64,000 bases of DNA from a bacterium (GTDB lineage: Bacteria > Patescibacteriota > JABMPQ01 > JBDRIV01), in assembly GCA_043815505.1 (NCBI GenBank), contig JBDRIV010000004.1, positions 7,135-71,134 of the forward strand, read 5' to 3'. The translations under genes and the position numbers were made by a program. Under the pieces are notes generated by a model, which worked only from the letters and a program-made list of their open reading frames with translations, did not search any database and had not been told where the DNA came from. Every line of letters begins with the position of its first letter. The first letter of the stretch is position 1. Positions 59,980-64,000 of the stretch are shown here, piece after piece.

Positions 59980-60059
59980 CAAATTTCTTTAAAAAATTAG
60001 TGGATAAAAATAAAACGATATAACATCACGTTATATCATTTTAGTCAATGTTGATACCT

Positions 60060-61100
60060 TTATTTTTTGATTACCTTTTCATAAGCCTCAAGATAACCAG
60101 CGGCCATCTTTTCTTTAGAGAAATTTTCTTGAGCATGTTCGTGACATTTTCTTCTATCCAGCTTTTCAATTTCTGGAATTTTTGCCGCTAACTCATCTGT
60201 AGTACTGCGTAAAAAACCTGTTTCCCCATCTATAATCAGCTCTTTGGTAGAACCTCTATCAGTAGCTAAAACCGGTGTTCCGCAAATCATTGATTCTACA
60301 AAGAAAAGTCCAAATGGTTCTTCCCATTGAATTGGTGCAATTAAAGCTTTAGCATTACCAAGTAATTCAACTTTTTCTTTGTGTCCAATCTCACCAATAT
60401 ATTCAATTTGGTCTCCATCAATTAAAGGCTTAACTTCTTTTTCATAAAATTCAGAATCATGAGGATCAATTTTAGCTGCCATTTTTAGTTTAACACTAGC
60501 TTTTTTAGCAATCTCGATTGCCTGTACCGGACCTTTTTCTGGCGAAAATCTTCCGAGGAAAGCATAATAATCTTGAGGCCGATCAAAATATTTAAATTTC
60601 TTTGTATCCAAACCATTATATACATTAGCAACATAATTAACATTGGGAAGTGGATTTCTTTGATTCATACTAATACTGACATAATTTGTTTCTGGAAAAG
60701 ATCCATAAATTTTATTTTGGTCCTCAGGTTCCAGTGGTCCATGCAAAGTTGTTACAATAGGTGACGCTAGCATTTCTTCAAACGCTAGTATTCTCCAGCC
60801 AATATTATTATGTATAATATCGTATTTATTTTTACTTAAATGACTAACTATTTTTGCAACTTCCTTAACTTTCATAGAATCTCGCAATTTCGCATTTTGA
60901 AACTCATCATATTTTCTAAAAGCCTTTGGAAAAGTTGGGATTAAATGTGCATTTGTTTTTGAATCACCAGTAGCAAATAGTGTAACATCGTGACCTTGTT
61001 TTGTAAGGACTTCTATGAAATTAGCAATCACTAATTCTATTCCCCCATATTTTGGTGGTGGAACGGATTCATCAAATGTAGATAAAACTGCAATTTTCAT
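60060..61100 (-). CDS. Glycosyltransferase family 4
   Basis: GT-B protein with EPFGLFFVESMICGTPVLATDRG (E-x7-E). Confidence 0.75.
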   Translation of the reverse strand: MKIAVLSTFDESVPPPKYGGIELVIANFIEVLTKQGHDVTLFATGDSKTNAHLIPTFPKAFRKYDEFQNAKLRDSMKVKEVAKIVSHLSKNKYDIIHNNIGWRILAFEEMLASPIVTTLHGPLEPEDQNKIYGSFPETNYVSISMNQRNPLPNVNYVANVYNGLDTKKFKYFDRPQDYYAFLGRFSPEKGPVQAIEIAKKASVKLKMAAKIDPHDSEFYEKEVKPLIDGDQIEYIGEIGHKEKVELLGNAKALIAPIQWEEPFGLFFVESMICGTPVLATDRGSTKELIIDGETGFLRSTTDELAAKIPEIEKLDRRKCHEHAQENFSKEKMAAGYLEAYEKVIKK

Positions 61101-61109
61101 TATAGATAA

Positions 61110-62183
61110 TTAATTTTTATTCAAAATTTTAAAATAAAGCTTTTCGTAATTATCAACCATTTTCTCGATTGTAAACATGTTTTCAACTCGCTTTCTACAA
61201 TCAAAGGGTTTAATGGTATTTAATTTATTAAGAGCCTCTATCATTTCGTCCAAACTTTTACATAAGAAACCTGTTTTTTTGTCTTCAATAACTTCTGGTA
61301 ATGCACCTTTACTTAAAGCAATTGTTGGGGTTCCAGTTGCCATGGCTTCAATTGATACCAAGCCAAATGGCTCTTCCCATTGCAAGGGAAAAATAAAAGC
61401 TTTTGCTCGGCTAATATAATCAAACAATTCTTCTCGAGCAACAGCACCATGATGAAATATTTGTTTATTATCAATATACGGCTTAATTTTTTTATCCCAA
61501 TAATCACTCTTTTCTTCTGGCGTTCCAAAAATATGCAATTTATGATTGGTTTTTTTAGCTATTTCAATCGCTTCTGATACTCCTTTGGTTTCAACAATTC
61601 GACCTACAAAGATTAGAAAATCTTCTTTTTCCTCTTTAAAAGGAATGTTTTTTATATCAATTCCATTATAAACTGTACCTATGTATTGTAATTCGGGTAA
61701 ATCTTTTCTTTGATTATCACTAATACTTACATAATACTGAGTATTAAAATAATATTTAAGTATATCTTTCTTTTTTGTAGCATCATCTAAAGGGCTATGT
61801 AAAGTTGATACTGTTGGTATTTTAACTAAGGGCGCATAATAAGCTGAACGAACATCATAATTACTATGAATAATATCAAATTCTCCAGCTTCTGCCATTT
61901 GATAAGCTTTAGATATTAATAGATGTTCATAATCTTTATGTCTACCGACACCAACATTTTTCCATGTAGCTTCATCAGTAACGCTAATCAATTTTGCGCT
62001 AACTTCTGAATCCCCAGATGCAAACACAGTAACCTCGTGTCCTTTTCTCACCATGCCTTCAGCAATTTCGTAAATAATCATTTCTGGAGCTCCAGAAAAA
62101 CCCTTTGGAACATATTTTGCCATTGGCAAAGGAGGAATACGAATAAAGTTTGATGCTAATATAGCTATGCGTAATTTTCTCAT
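61110..62183 (-). CDS. Glycosyltransferase family 4 (paralog of the preceding gene)
   Basis: EEPFGLVSIEAMATGTPTIALSKG. Its overall architecture is similar to 60060..61100. Confidence 0.75.
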   Translation of the reverse strand: MRKLRIAILASNFIRIPPLPMAKYVPKGFSGAPEMIIYEIAEGMVRKGHEVTVFASGDSEVSAKLISVTDEATWKNVGVGRHKDYEHLLISKAYQMAEAGEFDIIHSNYDVRSAYYAPLVKIPTVSTLHSPLDDATKKKDILKYYFNTQYYVSISDNQRKDLPELQYIGTVYNGIDIKNIPFKEEKEDFLIFVGRIVETKGVSEAIEIAKKTNHKLHIFGTPEEKSDYWDKKIKPYIDNKQIFHHGAVAREELFDYISRAKAFIFPLQWEEPFGLVSIEAMATGTPTIALSKGALPEVIEDKKTGFLCKSLDEMIEALNKLNTIKPFDCRKRVENMFTIEKMVDNYEKLYFKILNKN

Positions 62184-62202
62184 TTTTTAATCTTAATTTC
62201 TT

Positions 62203-63390
62203 CTAGTATAGCAGTTTAATGAAGTGTTCCACAACCCCGTTTGTCCAACCAAAACCAATTTGATTGGGATAACGATTTTTTATATTCTCCAAGTTTCCGG
62301 TTTCGCCATTATATTTTTCCCAAATCTCCCCTGTTTCCACCCAATTATCAAAAACCATTTCTACAAAGCTTAAGGCTAATTCCTGTGCTTTTTCCGAATA
62401 ACCATAATCAGACAAGCCTTTGTAAACAATCCATTGCAAAGGTGCCCAAATTATTGGCCAACTCCACTGATGTTCTTCGTGTCCATATTTTTCATCGGTT
62501 GTAGCCACCCCACCTTTAGTCTGAAATATTTTTAAATTTTGATAGAGCTTTTCTGCTTGCTCTTTTGTAGCTAGACCAACGAACATGCTTTGATAAGCTG
62601 CTAGTGATTTTATTTTTTTCTGCTCTTTGGTTTTAACATTATAATCATAAAACAATCCATCATCTTCATTCCATAAATATTTATTTATTAAATCCTTTCT
62701 CTGTTCCGCTTTTTGTAACCAATTTTCAGCTTCTGCTTTTTTCCCTAATATTTTTGTAAATTCAGAGAAATCTTTTTCATATTGATACAAATTACAATTC
62801 AAATCTATTGATACTAAATTTAAAACATCGATATCATCAAAACGCGGCGTGGTGTCCCACCCTGATTCGGCCACAGTTTTATATTCTTTATTATGATTAG
62901 CATCATCTCCTGACGCATCAAAATATCGACTTAAACCAATGCTAGTTTTGTGATCATCATTTAACCAATAAGTTTCATATTCTTTTTGAGCGTAAGAATA
63001 TGCTTTCTCTAACCAGTTCATATCATTATTCCAACTATCAACTTCTTTGATCATTAAAGTTAAGTATGGTGATTGTGAACGAGTGGCCCATCTTACCTTA
63101 TTGGCATTTAAAGTGTGGTTATAGTTCTCAATTTCATAGAAGAAATTTTCCACAACTCCTTTTACCAATTTATGACGACCCTCATCAGAAAACCCCAACA
63201 TAGTAAAATAACTGTCCCAATAAAACATGGTATCGAATTTATCACGATTAGGTACCACGTAATCATTGGGTAAATACAAAATGGCGTTAAGGTCGTCTAA
63301 CTCCTTAACACCGTCGCGCGAATTCAATGTGAGCTCATCCCACATAGCGGCAATGTATTTTTGTAAATCTTTTATTTTATTTTTAACCAT
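62203..63390 (-). CDS. Trehalase-like (GH37-like) glycoside hydrolase, short form
   Basis: RDKFDTMFYWDSYF resembles trehalase signature 1 (R-F-x-E-x-Y-x-W-D-x-Y). QWSWPIIWAP resembles signature 2 (Q-W-D-x-P-x-G-W-P-P). The C-terminal GFGWTNGV motif is also present. Confidence 0.55.
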   Translation of the reverse strand: MVKNKIKDLQKYIAAMWDELTLNSRDGVKELDDLNAILYLPNDYVVPNRDKFDTMFYWDSYFTMLGFSDEGRHKLVKGVVENFFYEIENYNHTLNANKVRWATRSQSPYLTLMIKEVDSWNNDMNWLEKAYSYAQKEYETYWLNDDHKTSIGLSRYFDASGDDANHNKEYKTVAESGWDTTPRFDDIDVLNLVSIDLNCNLYQYEKDFSEFTKILGKKAEAENWLQKAEQRKDLINKYLWNEDDGLFYDYNVKTKEQKKIKSLAAYQSMFVGLATKEQAEKLYQNLKIFQTKGGVATTDEKYGHEEHQWSWPIIWAPLQWIVYKGLSDYGYSEKAQELALSFVEMVFDNWVETGEIWEKYNGETGNLENIKNRYPNQIGFGWTNGVVEHFIKLLY

Positions 63391-64000
63391 ATTTGGAAAG
63401 TGTCTTTTTTATAAAATCAATTCCCCAATTATAAATATTTCTTTCTTTTAAAACTTTTTTCATTTCACGATTTACTTTGGTTTTATCTTTGCCTTTCATT
63501 TTTAAAGCTTCGTTTAAGGCATCGGCTGATCCTTCAGCGTCGTAAGGATTAATAAGTTTAGCTGACTTTAAATCTTTGGACGCGCCAGTAAATTTAGATA
63601 AAACTAACATCCCTTTATTTTCTTTGTTACAAACCACAAATTCTTTGGCTACCAAATTCAAACCATCATCAAGGGGGCTTACTATACAAACATCCGCAAA
63701 TTTGAAAAGTTGCAATAATTCTTCCCGCGGAAAACTTCTTCTGATTAATCTAATTGGTTGCCATTTACGATTGCCGAATTTTATATTAATTCGATTCATT
63801 AAAGCTGTAATTTGTCGGTCGTAAGCTCGGTAAGCAGGAATAGAAATTCGCGAAGGAATTCCAATGGCTAAATGTACTAATTTGTTTCGATAACGAGGAT
63901 ATTTTTCTAGTAGTTTTTCAATTATTTTAAAGCGCTCAATGATTCCTTTGGTATATTCAATACGTTCAGCACTTATCACTAAATATTGATAATTAATATT
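63383..64000 (-). CDS. otsA: Trehalose-6-phosphate synthase (OtsA, GT20), C-terminal part; the gene continues beyond the window end
   Basis: DGLNLVAKEFV and LVLSKFTGASKDL...LINPYD match the OtsA C-terminal region. The track start is an internal Met. Confidence 0.6.
   Translation of the reverse strand, partial: NINYQYLVISAERIEYTKGIIERFKIIEKLLEKYPRYRNKLVHLAIGIPSRISIPAYRAYDRQITALMNRINIKFGNRKWQPIRLIRRSFPREELLQLFKFADVCIVSPLDDGLNLVAKEFVVCNKENKGMLVLSKFTGASKDLKSAKLINPYDAEGSADALNEALKMKGKDKTKVNREMKKVLKERNIYNWGIDFIKKTLSKYG

Overview
This is a low-GC (about 30-33%) bacterial chromosome segment with almost every gene on the minus strand. It reads as two blocks.

**Block 1 (about 1-42 kb): a very large surface-glycan biosynthesis super-locus.**
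- Three nucleotide-sugar pathways are present: GDP-6-deoxyhexose (two different gmd paralogs plus an Rmd/Fcl-like reductase), dTDP-6-deoxyhexose (rmlA-short, rmlB and rmlD, with no rmlC in the window), and UDP-GlcA (ugd plus a UDP-GlcA 4-epimerase-like gene).
- At least ten glycosyltransferases are present (GT2, GT4, and a GtrB-like GT2 that pairs with a divergently transcribed GT-C membrane transferase).
- Other components are a DegT-type sugar aminotransferase, a Wzy/O-antigen-ligase-like polymerase, a Wzz-like co-polymerase, FkbM and class-I methyltransferases, a radical-SAM enzyme and metK.
- Most unusually, the locus carries a complete sulfation module: a fused ATP-sulfurylase/APS-kinase (PAPS synthase), a CysQ-like PAP phosphatase, and two P-loop sulfotransferase-like genes.
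- The locus also encodes large secreted or surface proteins: a 1017-aa clan GH-A hydrolase plus FG-GAP propeller protein with near-identical internal DNA repeats, a secreted protein with four tandem repeats, and two HtrA proteases.
- One secreted-protein gene sits in a conspicuously higher-GC (about 48%) island with its own strong intrinsic terminator. This is a candidate horizontal acquisition.

**Block 2 (42-60 kb): the conserved ribosomal supercluster.**
- Gene order is rpsL-rpsG-fusA-tuf-rpsJ-rplC-rplD-rplW-rplB-rpsS-rplV-rpsC-rplP-rpmC-rpsQ-rplN-rplX-rplE-rpsN-rpsH-rplF-rplR-rpsE-rplO-secY-adk-map.
- rpmD (L30) is absent, and infA/rpmJ/rpsM/rpsK/rpsD/rpoA do not follow map.
- Many r-proteins carry Lys/Glu-rich extensions. 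Together with the missing L30 this suggests a CPR/Patescibacteria-like organism.
- The intercistronic spacers contain a family of inverted-repeat and tandem-repeat elements and several good sigma70-type promoters.

**Window end (60-64 kb):** two GT4 genes, a GH37 trehalase-like gene and a partial otsA.

No tRNA, rRNA, CRISPR or transposase/integrase genes were seen.
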